From NCBI GenBank assembly GCA_049283975.1, contig JBAPXA010000280.1, positions 1 to 44,053 of the forward strand: 44,053 nucleotides of DNA. Reading direction: 5' to 3'. The position numbers and the translations under genes are program-made. Origin of the DNA: Pyrinomonadaceae bacterium (GTDB lineage Bacteria; Acidobacteriota; Blastocatellia; Pyrinomonadales; Pyrinomonadaceae). Positions within the stretch are counted from its first letter, which is position 1; the number at the start of each line of letters is the position of its first letter. Below, piece by piece: positions 1 through 9,194 of the stretch. Under the pieces are notes generated by a model. It was not told the DNA's origin and searched no databases. It saw only the letters and a list, made by a program, of their open reading frames with translations.

Positions 1-200
1 GATATCAGATGTTAGTGGCAGATATAGGGTGTCAAGCGTCAGGGCCGGGGTTGGTTGTCAGGTTTCAGATCTCGGGTGCCGGGTATTGGGTTTCGGCAGA
101 GAGTCTCGGCGGTCTGGATACGGAATCAGTTCTATCTTCTGAAATCCGACCTGCCATCTAACATCTAAACCTGAAGCCCGATACCCGATACCCCGAGCCC
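1..200. repeat. Interleaved imperfect inverted repeats just downstream of the 3' end of the 201..2906 gene (truncated by the window edge)
   Basis: 6..21 cagatgttagtggcag matches the reverse complement of 151..167 ctgccatctaacatcta with one indel and one mismatch. 71..96 ctcgggtgccgggtattgggtttcgg resembles the reverse complement of 170..197 cctgaagcccgatacccgataccccgag. The arm order is interleaved, not a simple hairpin. Confidence 0.5.
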
Positions 201-2906
201 CTATTTCCCGCCGAAGCTTCGACGAATCAAGTAAGACATTTTCACGAAGAAGGTGCGGGCATTTCGCCTGAAGCCGGGAGTGACTTGCGACGTGAACGGA
301 TGCAAGGTGTCGTAGTTCATGTCGTCGTTGTAGCCGATATAGAAGGAGGTTCCCGGACTCGGAGTCCACCCAGTAAGGAACTGAGCGCGCACTCGCGAAT
401 TGAGCGTGTTGTAATCGATAATCGCACGTGCGAAGTATGATTTCGTGAACTGATACGTTCCGCGCCACGTCCAGATGTCCACATCAAACGCAGTCAAACC
501 AGTATCGTGACGCACGAGGCGCTGCTTATTCAGAGCTATTGAAGTACGGAACTCATTTGTCGGCTGGAACGTGATGCTGCCCGTCACCTGCAGCAGGTTT
601 CCTGCGCCTGGATCCTGAGGTGCAAAACATCCCGGATCTCGGTCATCGATGCCGTCATCGTTGGTATCGGTGCAACGGCCTGCCGCCGCCAATTCTCTGG
701 CTCTTATTGCCGGCGGACTGGCCCGTGGGTACTTTGGCAAGTTACCGAAATCCAAATCCAAATGGTTGTGGCGAAAAGTAACTTGACCGTTGAACTGAAC
801 CTTCTTGTTGAAGTTCGATCCAAAGTAACCCGAGATGTGATGCTTCATCACTGATCGTTCATTGCTTTCCCCAAAGAACGTACAACGGTTTGTGCCGCCG
901 AACGGGTTGCAAGGCTTCGCTTCACGCGTAGGACCAAACTCGTGATCGAATAACCGCTCGTAGGCCGGCTCGTACCAGACACCGACCCAACTGCTGCGCG
1001 GGAGGCTTAGCTGAACCAGGTTCTCGCTTTCCCAAATATACATTCGTCCCTGCCAGTCGTAGTCGATGTGCGAGGCGTTGTGAATGTGATAGGAAATGAT
1101 CTTCTGCTTCGGTTTGGGATCCGAGTTATAGCGAACTAAAGCGAAGTTGAAGTTCGAATTCTGCCGCTGGAAGAACCCAACGTCAGCGCGATAGTCCTTC
1201 GTGAACCCTTCCCCGTAGAGTTCATAGCCCCAGTTGCGCCCCGAAACGTTGTAGTCGAAGGAATACCCGAAGCCATTTCCGGTGCGATAACGATTCTGTT
1301 GCACCGGGTCGTTCGCATCGAAGAAGAAATTCCTTGAAGTCGTTCCCAAAGTCTGGAAGGTGAACGTGGTCTGCTTGTCGAGACGGAAGCGACCATCTAT
1401 GGCAAAGAGCTGATTATGTTTCTCGATAAAGTTGTAGCTGGTGGCCAGGATACCTAACGAGTTTTCTTTACCGACATCGCGCTTGACGCGCAGCACTCCA
1501 ATATAGGCATTCTTATCCACAAAGCGTTCGTTGTTACAAAAGAAGGTGGGATTGCGTTGCCTTGCTTCTATGCAGGACGCCAACGCCCCCCGTTCGTCGA
1601 GACTCAAGTTTCCGGGACCATTGTCGCTGGCAGCAATCAGACCAAATCTAGTGCGGCCAATTTTGCCCGTTGTTTTGACAGCAATATCCGGATCTACAAT
1701 CGACCTCGTATGAACGGCTGTAATTGGAGTATTGAAGATATCGATGCCTTCCAAAAAGAACGGCCGCTTCTCAGGAAAGAAAATGGGAAACCGTTGATTG
1801 GCAGTGACGACCAGCTGGTCCGCTTCAACCTGGGCGAAGTCTGGATTGATCGCGAGATCAAGCGTCATCGCCGGACTGGGAATAAACTTCGCCGTCAATC
1901 CTGGATCGAAAGCGATAGGCTGATTAACGATGCGCCCGGGATCGGTCAGAGCTGCAGGAGTCCCCGGAAACACGCCGTAGGTGCGGACGAACCGGCCATC
2001 CTGAGAAAGAGTCAAACTTGGGATGAGTTCAATAGTTCGTTCAACCGAGATCCCCTCGAGACCGCCCAGGTGGCCCGCTTGGTTCATGTTGCCATCGATG
2101 CTGCGCGAGAAAGGCATCCATGAGTCGAGCTCGCGATTGAAACGTTGAATGCGACGGAAGAAGTGCGCCCCCCAGAGCTTACCCTTGCCTGCTTCATAGC
2201 GAAGGGATTTGAACGGAATTGCGATCTCGACGACATAGCCTTCCTGATTAATCGTACCTTTTGATTCGAGTAAGAGATCGATACTGAAGTCCTCGCCACG
2301 ACCCTCGGTCAGAAGACCATCACCCTGGATGCCCAGCGGGTTGAAGAAGATTTCAAATGCGCGCCGCTTATCGTTAAAAGTATCGAGATAGAATCCGACG
2401 TAGTCGTCCTGAAAAATATTGTCGCGCTTGGCTACGGTCGAGCGAATCTTGTCGGGTTCGTCGAAAGCGCGGAAAGCAATGTAAAGAAACCTGGAATCGT
2501 AACCGATCAAAACTTCAGTGGGCTTCGATGGTGCAGTATTGTCGCCGGGATCGATTTGGTAGAAGTCTTTCAGCACGGCAGCTCCCTGCCACACGGGATC
2601 ATTCAGCACGCCGTCAACCGTCGGCGGCTTCTCAAACTTGGGAACAGTCACGGGATTTGCTTTTTCTGGCGGCAGAGTGACTGCGCCTTTGGCGGCGGGC
2701 GCGGCCGCGGATGCCGGGGCCTTCGTAGTAGATGTCGAGGTAGTTTCGGTTCCCGGAGGATTTGCCGAGGGGCTGGCCGATACCAGGGCAGGCGAGGGCG
2801 CCGGTGATGGCGGCGGCGCTGGAGCAGGCGCACCGCTGGACTGCGCCAGCGTGTTTACCGCGAAGAGCACAATGAGGGCTATGAGCAAAGCAATTCTTTT
2901 TATCAT
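201..2906 (-). CDS. Secreted CBM9-like / DUF5916-family protein (probable outer-membrane beta-rich protein)
   Basis: 901-aa ORF with ATG at 2906. Signal peptide MIKRIALLIALIVLFAVNTLAQ, then a Pro/Ala/Ser/Thr-rich linker. The VDGVLNDPVWQGA...FYQIDPGD...DSRFLYIAFRAFD pattern is typical of the CBM9/DOMON-like N-domain of DUF5916 proteins, followed by a long beta-rich C-terminal part. Family call is from memory. Confidence 0.75.
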   Translation of the reverse strand: MIKRIALLIALIVLFAVNTLAQSSGAPAPAPPPSPAPSPALVSASPSANPPGTETTSTSTTKAPASAAAPAAKGAVTLPPEKANPVTVPKFEKPPTVDGVLNDPVWQGAAVLKDFYQIDPGDNTAPSKPTEVLIGYDSRFLYIAFRAFDEPDKIRSTVAKRDNIFQDDYVGFYLDTFNDKRRAFEIFFNPLGIQGDGLLTEGRGEDFSIDLLLESKGTINQEGYVVEIAIPFKSLRYEAGKGKLWGAHFFRRIQRFNRELDSWMPFSRSIDGNMNQAGHLGGLEGISVERTIELIPSLTLSQDGRFVRTYGVFPGTPAALTDPGRIVNQPIAFDPGLTAKFIPSPAMTLDLAINPDFAQVEADQLVVTANQRFPIFFPEKRPFFLEGIDIFNTPITAVHTRSIVDPDIAVKTTGKIGRTRFGLIAASDNGPGNLSLDERGALASCIEARQRNPTFFCNNERFVDKNAYIGVLRVKRDVGKENSLGILATSYNFIEKHNQLFAIDGRFRLDKQTTFTFQTLGTTSRNFFFDANDPVQQNRYRTGNGFGYSFDYNVSGRNWGYELYGEGFTKDYRADVGFFQRQNSNFNFALVRYNSDPKPKQKIISYHIHNASHIDYDWQGRMYIWESENLVQLSLPRSSWVGVWYEPAYERLFDHEFGPTREAKPCNPFGGTNRCTFFGESNERSVMKHHISGYFGSNFNKKVQFNGQVTFRHNHLDLDFGNLPKYPRASPPAIRARELAAAGRCTDTNDDGIDDRDPGCFAPQDPGAGNLLQVTGSITFQPTNEFRTSIALNKQRLVRHDTGLTAFDVDIWTWRGTYQFTKSYFARAIIDYNTLNSRVRAQFLTGWTPSPGTSFYIGYNDDMNYDTLHPFTSQVTPGFRRNARTFFVKMSYLIRRSFGGK

Positions 2907-3176
2907 GATCTCTCTAAGTGAACGGTTCGCTTGCCGTTAGCCTGGATCATTAGACCCAACACTGACATTCGCGCTTTTCAGAACCGGCTGATTTCGGGGG
3001 GTGGTTGGGTCCGGGGAGAGACCCAACATAACTGCGCAAAGTAAATCGGGATTAACCAGGATGCGCGGGCGCCATATTGCTTGCGCCCGCCGCCGCAGCC
3101 TGGTCCTGTGAAAACGGAGTTGGATTGTTTCGCACGCGAGAAGTTGCCTTGTCGGGATTGGAATGAGTTTTTCCGT

Positions 3177-5117
3177 TTAGCGTGGACGCAAGGCTACGCG
3201 ACCGTCCCCGGTGCTCAGCAAAAAGACGTTTCCGCCGCGTCCCACTTTCCAACGTCGCATTCGTTTTGAAGTGGCAATATCTTCCACCACTACCAGCCCA
3301 TTGTGGTCGACATCTTCGGCATCAGTCTCGATGGTGAAATCAGAGTTCGCGGGAACTGCAAGTGAAATAGAGCCGTCACCGGTGCGGGCTGCGAGTGCCG
3401 TAAATTTCCCGTCCAGCGTAATTGAGCCATCGCCAGTGCGAGCGTCGACGTTGCCATCAAAATCTGAAATCTTGATAGAACCGTCACCGGTATTCACACG
3501 AAGCTGTCCACGAGCGCTATTGACTTCAATCGAGCCATCTCCGGTTCGCAAATCGAGATCACCGGAAACGCCATCAAGATTGAGACTACCGTCACCGGAT
3601 GAAACGTGCAGACTTGCATTGCGCGGCACATAGACCTCAAGGGAGGCGACGCCGTTATCTTCGTACGAGCGCGCCACGACGGAAATAGAGGAGCCCTGCT
3701 GTTGCGAGTCAATTCTGATTTGTTTGGCCTCGTCCGGATCGTTCGCTCTCTTGGTCGCGGTGTACATCACTTCTGACTTGTCCCAGCCGCGAATAGTGAT
3801 CGATCCATCAAAGGTCGAGAGATTCACGCTCGGCGTGCCACTGACGGTAAAAGTCTTCGACTCTTTTTCAGTAAACTCTTTGCTATAGCTTTCTCCGTGA
3901 CCGACGCCGGCGCCTACGCCCCGGCCTTCACGACCTTCCCGACGCGTCTCGTTGAGGATTTGCTGGCGGGTTTCGCGCTCGACCTCGCGCTGAGCCCGCT
4001 CGATTTCACGTTGCGCTTCGCGAATGGCACGTTCGACTTCCCTTTGCACTTCCGCTTGAGTCTCGCGAGACATTCGTTCGGCGCTCGCATGTTCGGCGCG
4101 TTCGGCCCGGCGTGCCGCTGCGGCCTCGCGCCGTTCTTCCGCACTCAACCGGTCGTGCTCATCTTCATTGTCATTGCTTTCGCTGTAACCCTTGTTCTTG
4201 CCTTTGTCTTTGTCGGGAATCAGTCCGGTCGCTGGACTGAGTGCGCGACCATCCTGGGCATGTTTGATCTTGATGGGACCGTTGACGTTGCCCAACTTGA
4301 TCGTGGGTCCGCCCTGGCCGATCTGGCCGTAAAGCTCATGGCCAACGTAGTCGCCGTGATGCACCTGGATCCCAAAATCATTGCTGATTGCGCCATGGAC
4401 CGTTCCGGCGCGCACTGTTGCATTTGCATCCGAAGGAATGATCAACGTGACGGGGCCATTAACTGAATTTAGTGAAACTGGACGAGCACTGTCGAGATCG
4501 GCAAAGGTCGCTTCCAAACCGCCATTGACGGTGGAAAGCTTGGCGATGCCGAGCAGGCCACGCGCGATCACCCGGCCATTGACCGACGAAGCTTTTACAT
4601 CTCCTTCGACACCGTTTATTTCCAACGAGCCGTTGACGAGATCGATCGACTCGAGACGCGCCTTACGCGGAACGGTGATGGAATAGTCAACGATGGCCGG
4701 ATTGTTTGCGCGACCACGCTCGTCGTCGGTGAAGCGCTGGTCCCAATCGGGATAGTCAGTACGGATCCGAATTGCTTCGGCGCCCGCGTTCACTTCAATT
4801 TTTGCTTCGTCGATCCGCTCTTGCTTGTAAGCGCGCTTAACAGCATCAACCTGAACGTCGTTCCGATCCCAAACTGCAATACGAACCTCGCCATTTAGAT
4901 TCTCGACATTTACTCGGCCCGTCGGGGAAAACGGATAAGTCTGATGAAACTCCTGACGAATCTCTCGCTGATCGGGTACCGCTTGATAGTCTTCACTAAA
5001 CGACACTTGCGTCAGCGCCTGCGAATCTTGCAGCAAGCCTCGCGAGGCGCTCCCACTCGAGGCGCTCAAGAGCGCCGCGATCATTATTACCGCCGTAATC
5101 AAAGTTTTCGTTGACAT
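3177..5117 (-). CDS. DUF4097 (putative adhesin / beta-helix) protein with two repeat domains separated by a charged helix
   Basis: ORF is 3177..5177; preferred start is ATG 5117 (MSTKTLITAVIMIAALLSASS signal/anchor). It has repeated units TGDGSIEVNS, TGDGSIKISD, TGDGSITLDG, TGDGSISLAV and an N-terminal SVNG/NGxV block typical of DUF4097. A central Glu/Arg-rich segment separates the two domains. Confidence 0.8.
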   Translation of the reverse strand: MSTKTLITAVIMIAALLSASSGSASRGLLQDSQALTQVSFSEDYQAVPDQREIRQEFHQTYPFSPTGRVNVENLNGEVRIAVWDRNDVQVDAVKRAYKQERIDEAKIEVNAGAEAIRIRTDYPDWDQRFTDDERGRANNPAIVDYSITVPRKARLESIDLVNGSLEINGVEGDVKASSVNGRVIARGLLGIAKLSTVNGGLEATFADLDSARPVSLNSVNGPVTLIIPSDANATVRAGTVHGAISNDFGIQVHHGDYVGHELYGQIGQGGPTIKLGNVNGPIKIKHAQDGRALSPATGLIPDKDKGKNKGYSESNDNEDEHDRLSAEERREAAAARRAERAEHASAERMSRETQAEVQREVERAIREAQREIERAQREVERETRQQILNETRREGREGRGVGAGVGHGESYSKEFTEKESKTFTVSGTPSVNLSTFDGSITIRGWDKSEVMYTATKRANDPDEAKQIRIDSQQQGSSISVVARSYEDNGVASLEVYVPRNASLHVSSGDGSLNLDGVSGDLDLRTGDGSIEVNSARGQLRVNTGDGSIKISDFDGNVDARTGDGSITLDGKFTALAARTGDGSISLAVPANSDFTIETDAEDVDHNGLVVVEDIATSKRMRRWKVGRGGNVFLLSTGDGRVALRPR

Positions 5118-5197
5118 TCTGCTTCTCACTTTTACTCCAGTTATTATTGTGTTGAGGCGCAAACCGTTGCGCCTCAATTGTCGCCCCTCGCTCGCTC

Positions 5198-5944
5198 TTA
5201 TTCGTGCGTTGCCAACTCGTCCTTTTCACTATCGCTCGGGCTATCACTCGTCCGTTTGAACTCGAAAACCCGGCGCGTGGCATCTTCGGCAGTCACGACT
5301 CTCTCAGTCTCAGCCTCTTCTACCTGGGCGGCTTTCAACCCCTGGCCGATAAGCTCGCTTAGGGATTTGAACTCACCAACATTGGACCACTTATCCTTGG
5401 CCGCTTTCACCGGCAGTTTGCTGATGAGGGCGCGCAACCCTGGTTCACGACGGAGCAGGCTTGCGATCTCAGCATTGTGCTTGCTCGGGAGTGCTTGGGA
5501 CAGGTACTCCATTCGCTGCGGGGCGCGGGCCACAACATTCCAATTCAAATCACTGTTCGCCGTCTTCGGTAGTTCTCGCTTGCGCAGCGGACAGGAAAGT
5601 TTGCTGTGCACTTTCGCTGCGGAATTGCCGTCAAAACTCGCGAGCGCCACCGAACCTCCCGCGGCAATCATGTCAACGCGCGAAGGTTCAATCAACGAGT
5701 TCGTTTCCGGTGCCTGAGCTAATTCAATGTCTGGAGTGCCATGGGCCAGAGATTTTGTTGCTGAGTAGACCTTCGCCAAGCCCCCCAAACCACTGGCTGT
5801 CGCGGATTGCACGTTGCCCGCAACTTGCTGCAACCGATCTAGATCTTTCATCGCGGTCGAAAACGCCGCGTATGCCAGAAGAAGAATGATCGCAACTTGG
5901 TATAGGTTGTTTCTGAAGTTGCTGATTGGTTTCATCTCGTTCAT
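5198..5944 (-). CDS. Hypothetical membrane-anchored protein
   Basis: ORF is 5198..6004; preferred start is ATG 5944 (MNEMKPISNFRNNLYQVAIILLLAYAAFSTAM, one N-terminal TM helix), with aaggga upstream. It runs in the same direction as the flanking DUF4097 genes. No recognisable family. Confidence 0.55.
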   Translation of the reverse strand: MNEMKPISNFRNNLYQVAIILLLAYAAFSTAMKDLDRLQQVAGNVQSATASGLGGLAKVYSATKSLAHGTPDIELAQAPETNSLIEPSRVDMIAAGGSVALASFDGNSAAKVHSKLSCPLRKRELPKTANSDLNWNVVARAPQRMEYLSQALPSKHNAEIASLLRREPGLRALISKLPVKAAKDKWSNVGEFKSLSELIGQGLKAAQVEEAETERVVTAEDATRRVFEFKRTSDSPSDSEKDELATHE

Positions 5945-6165
5945 GGCTTTTTCCCTTTGTCTCGGACCGGGAATGCTTGCACTCGAAGTTCGCTTGCATC
6001 GCATCCCCGGCCCGTCTGCGTTGCTCTATTACCAGAACACCGAAATGCGGAGCTTTGTGACAAGAATATTCGTGAAATTCGAGTTTATTTGCTCAAAGTA
6101 GTCCGTAGTCAGCAGCCAGTAAGAAAAAGGGCCGGACCGATGCAGGAACTCGCCAACACTTACGG

Positions 6166-6251
6166 CAGGAGGAGGAACACAAAAGGCAGCAGGCAGTGCG
6201 AAAGCCCTCTGCCTACTACCTCTTTACTGTCTACTTCCTATTTCCTACTTC
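6166..6251. repeat. GGCAG-rich tract followed by a complementary pyrimidine-rich tract, immediately 3' of the 6252..7394 gene
   Basis: Sequence ggcaggaggaggaac...aaggcagcaggcag tgcgaaagccctc tgcctactacc (aggcag/ctgcct stem), then ctctttactgtctacttcctatttcctacttcc. Composition is related to the tracts at 20872..20918 and 31141..31322. Confidence 0.45.
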
Positions 6252-7394
6252 CTAATTCTGTTCCAAACGAAGCGTCCCCAGAAACGAGGCCACGGAAATT
6301 GTGGCGTCGCCGGTCCCGCAAATGCCGCTCACGCGACGCATGGAAAAGGCGACCTTGATTTCCGGTTTAACCTTCACCTTTATCTTCGGCTGTACATCGA
6401 CCCCGACTACCGGCGCCACCCTTGGTACCACGGTTACCGGTCCCGACTTGGCAGCCGGAGCAACGGGGGCAACAGGATCAGTAGCGTCAGCGGTCGCTAC
6501 AGCATTGGTTCCGCTTGTGGCACTGGCCGACGTCTGTGTCAGTCTCAAAGGAAAGTCAGTAATGATCTCGCCATCCTGAGAAATCTTCGCGACTAATTTG
6601 AAAGACGAATTGGCAGGCATCGCCAACGTCACATCGCCCGAAAAAGAGTTGAACCAATAACGACCAGCCGGCGCCAAGGGTCCGGTCATGATCAGATTTC
6701 CACTGACGGTTTTGGTGTTGATCTGTTTGTGCGTGACCTGGGAGAGCTCGATATCGCCACTCGTGGTCACTACTTCAAACTCGTCGTCTGCTTCGACTGG
6801 CCTCAAGTTAAGAGCCTCAACCGAGCCTCCCGCCGAACTTACACTCACTCGTCCAGTCGACTCCTTCAGACAGATGTTTCCACCGACACTACCAACCTCA
6901 ATCGAACGAGAAATCTTAGCCACTTCAATGTCGCCGTTCTGCGTGCTTGCATAGGCGGAGGCAACGTCGGCGATGCTGATATCGCCATCGCGAGTCTTCA
7001 CCAGGACGATAGCGCCGCGCGGCACATTCAATTCAATGTCGCTGAATGCCTGACACTTGCCAGCCGGTTTGTCGCCCTCGTCCTTGTTGAAGACCGCAAC
7101 CTCCAGTTTCTTAATACTGGCGCCGGGGGTGCTCTGCGGCGCGTGCGCTAATTCGATTTGCACGGCATCCGCCGAACGCGCGCGCACTTCGTTTCGGTCC
7201 CAGCCATGGACGGTGATGTTCCCCGAGGCGACACAAAGGGAGACGGCTACGGCCGCATCGACGGCGACTGCTCGCTCAACCTTTTGCTCGGCTCCGGCTC
7301 CACTGCGGCCCGGACGATTGCCGGTCTCGCCGGCGAAAGCGTTCGCCGCCAAAATCGCTAAGAGGAGACTGCTGAGAATTACTCGAAACTTCAT
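6252..7394 (-). CDS. DUF4097 (putative adhesin) family secreted protein
   Basis: 380-aa ORF with ATG at 7394. Signal peptide MKFRVILSSLLLAILAANAFA. Repeated GDIxV/GNIxL/GDVTL beta-strand units (SGNITVHGW, DGDISIADV, NGDIEVAKI, GGNICLKES, SGDIELSQV, SGDVTLAMP). Starts 19 nt downstream of the anti-sigma gene. Confidence 0.8.
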   Translation of the reverse strand: MKFRVILSSLLLAILAANAFAGETGNRPGRSGAGAEQKVERAVAVDAAVAVSLCVASGNITVHGWDRNEVRARSADAVQIELAHAPQSTPGASIKKLEVAVFNKDEGDKPAGKCQAFSDIELNVPRGAIVLVKTRDGDISIADVASAYASTQNGDIEVAKISRSIEVGSVGGNICLKESTGRVSVSSAGGSVEALNLRPVEADDEFEVVTTSGDIELSQVTHKQINTKTVSGNLIMTGPLAPAGRYWFNSFSGDVTLAMPANSSFKLVAKISQDGEIITDFPLRLTQTSASATSGTNAVATADATDPVAPVAPAAKSGPVTVVPRVAPVVGVDVQPKIKVKVKPEIKVAFSMRRVSGICGTGDATISVASFLGTLRLEQN

Positions 7395-7413
7395 TACTTA
7401 AAACCTTGAGCAG

Positions 7414-8346
7414 TTAGTCCTGCGGTCTATTGAAAGTGCGCGCCTCGGCAACCGTATTAAGCAGGTTCACCTTGTTCTGATAAGCGGCCATCATGAATTC
7501 GGCGGCATAGGGATCGTTGGGATTCTTCTTGGCGGCATCGCGAGTCGCCGCGAGGGCGCGATCCACAAGGGCCAGGTTTCGTTGATACTCAGCCTGAAGC
7601 GCAGGTCGCATCGGTCGATCGCTCGCGTTAATTGTTGAATCCAGCTTCGCGATTGTCTGCAAATAACTTCGCTCGCCGGGCAACAACTTCACTTTATCTT
7701 CAGGCTTGTTAACGGCGTTGCTCGCGACACTTCCCGAAGCAGGTGGCGCCAAATTCGTATTACGCCGCTTAGGAACCGCACTCCTCGAGGGTTGTGCAGC
7801 TACAGGAACCGTCGCTAAGGTCTGGTCAGCACGAGGAGCCTGGGTTTGCACATCAACCGCGGCGGGAGTCCCTGTCAGATTTCCTTTGGTGGTAACGCGA
7901 GAAGCCTCGTCCGTGGCAGCTACTTGATCTCTCACCGGAGTCGCAGTGCGCCACTGGGTAATTCCCAGGATTGCTGCAAAACCCAGAACCAAAACCAACC
8001 CGGCATAACCAAACGCTCTTTGCGGACTAACTGACAGCGGTGCCACCAGCGACTGCAACCAGGCTCTCACAGTGGCGGCAGCCGATTCCCTGGCAGGCAC
8101 GCCCTGGGTTTGCAAACCAGCAATCGCCGCATCGATGCGACGGCGCAATTGTTCGGTGGGCACTGCTGTTTCGAACTCAGGTGCGAACGCGGCCGCAAGT
8201 AACGAAGTCTCCGCCTCTATCTCGAGCGCTGTCACCGCGCAGGTCTGGCAGGCAGCCAGGTGTAACGTGACCGCTTCCAGATGCTGGCCGGAAAGCTCCC
8301 CGTCAAAGTAGCTTTGCAGCATTGCTTCGTCCAAACACTCTCTCAT
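7414..8346 (-). CDS. Anti-sigma factor (zf-HC2 type) with one TM helix and an extracytoplasmic domain
   Basis: N-terminal H-x3-C-x2-C motif (HLAACQTC), a TM segment (YAGLVLVLGFAAILGI), and an ATGA overlap with the upstream ECF sigma gene (8343..8346). Confidence 0.8.
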   Translation of the reverse strand: MRECLDEAMLQSYFDGELSGQHLEAVTLHLAACQTCAVTALEIEAETSLLAAAFAPEFETAVPTEQLRRRIDAAIAGLQTQGVPARESAAATVRAWLQSLVAPLSVSPQRAFGYAGLVLVLGFAAILGITQWRTATPVRDQVAATDEASRVTTKGNLTGTPAAVDVQTQAPRADQTLATVPVAAQPSRSAVPKRRNTNLAPPASGSVASNAVNKPEDKVKLLPGERSYLQTIAKLDSTINASDRPMRPALQAEYQRNLALVDRALAATRDAAKKNPNDPYAAEFMMAAYQNKVNLLNTVAEARTFNRPQD

Positions 8347-8912
8347 CGACTTCCTCCGATTTTTCCGTAAACCCTCGCGAATTCTTTTCGTCCGCGCGCA
8401 ACCAGGCTGCCTACATTTGTCTCTTTCAAAGACAAGGTCACGGCAATCTCCCTATAAGAGAGTCCTTGCTGTTTTAAGAGGAGGCAGCTGCGCATCGGTT
8501 CTTTGATCTTTTCCAGCGCCCGCCGGGCGCCTTCAATCGCCACACGGCGCTCGTAATCTTCCTCAGGCGCGGGTGCAAACCAGTCTTGCATTGTCTCTTT
8601 CTGATACTCATTATCTCGCGCCATCGAGCGGCTCTGTCCGCGCAAGGTGTTGCGGGCCACATTCAGCGTTACACGCAAAAGCCACGCCCTCAAAAGATCC
8701 TCACCCGGCGTGGCGTCGAGATTGCGGTAGAGCCTGAGAAACACTTCCTGAGTCACATCTTCAGCCAGGGCAGAGTCGCGCACCACCGAGCGCGCAGTAC
8801 GAAATACAGCGCGGTGATGAAGCGTAAACGCCTCGTCGAAACTGAGGGCGGTCGCCGCAGTCGCCATTTCCTTGGCCATGGGCTCGGTCAAAGCTCTAGC
8901 TTGTCCAGTCAT
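8343..8912 (-). CDS. ECF-type RNA polymerase sigma-70 family factor
   Basis: Region 2 motif (DVTQEVFLRLYRNL) and region 4 HTH (GLSYREIAVTLSLKETNVGSLVARGRKEF), about 190 aa, translationally coupled to an anti-sigma gene. Start could also be the internal MAKEM. Confidence 0.9.
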   Translation of the reverse strand: MTGQARALTEPMAKEMATAATALSFDEAFTLHHRAVFRTARSVVRDSALAEDVTQEVFLRLYRNLDATPGEDLLRAWLLRVTLNVARNTLRGQSRSMARDNEYQKETMQDWFAPAPEEDYERRVAIEGARRALEKIKEPMRSCLLLKQQGLSYREIAVTLSLKETNVGSLVARGRKEFARVYGKIGGSR

Positions 8913-9194
8913 TGATCACCGCTCTCAACCATGCAAACACCGCAAACTACGGGTTTATGGCAACTTTCTTAAGTTGGGGGTTGAAGCCGCCACTTTAGGG
9001 CGCGTCCGCGCCGTATTGTAGTCTGAAACGATGCCCGCACAAATTCTTTGGTGAGCGGATGCAATAAAACAAGGGGTGACTCTCTCTCAAACGTAAAAAG
9101 GGCCCGAAAGTTCTAAAGCCTTGCGTTTCCCGGTTTGACTAGCACTTCGGGAAGGCGTAGAAAGCGCAAGGTCCCAATAATAAGGAGAGAAAAC

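Noticed and set aside
8913-9134. An ECF-type autoregulatory promoter upstream of the sigma factor gene
   Set aside because: No convincing GGAAC-like -35 with a CGT-like -10 at 16-17 bp spacing could be identified on the minus strand.
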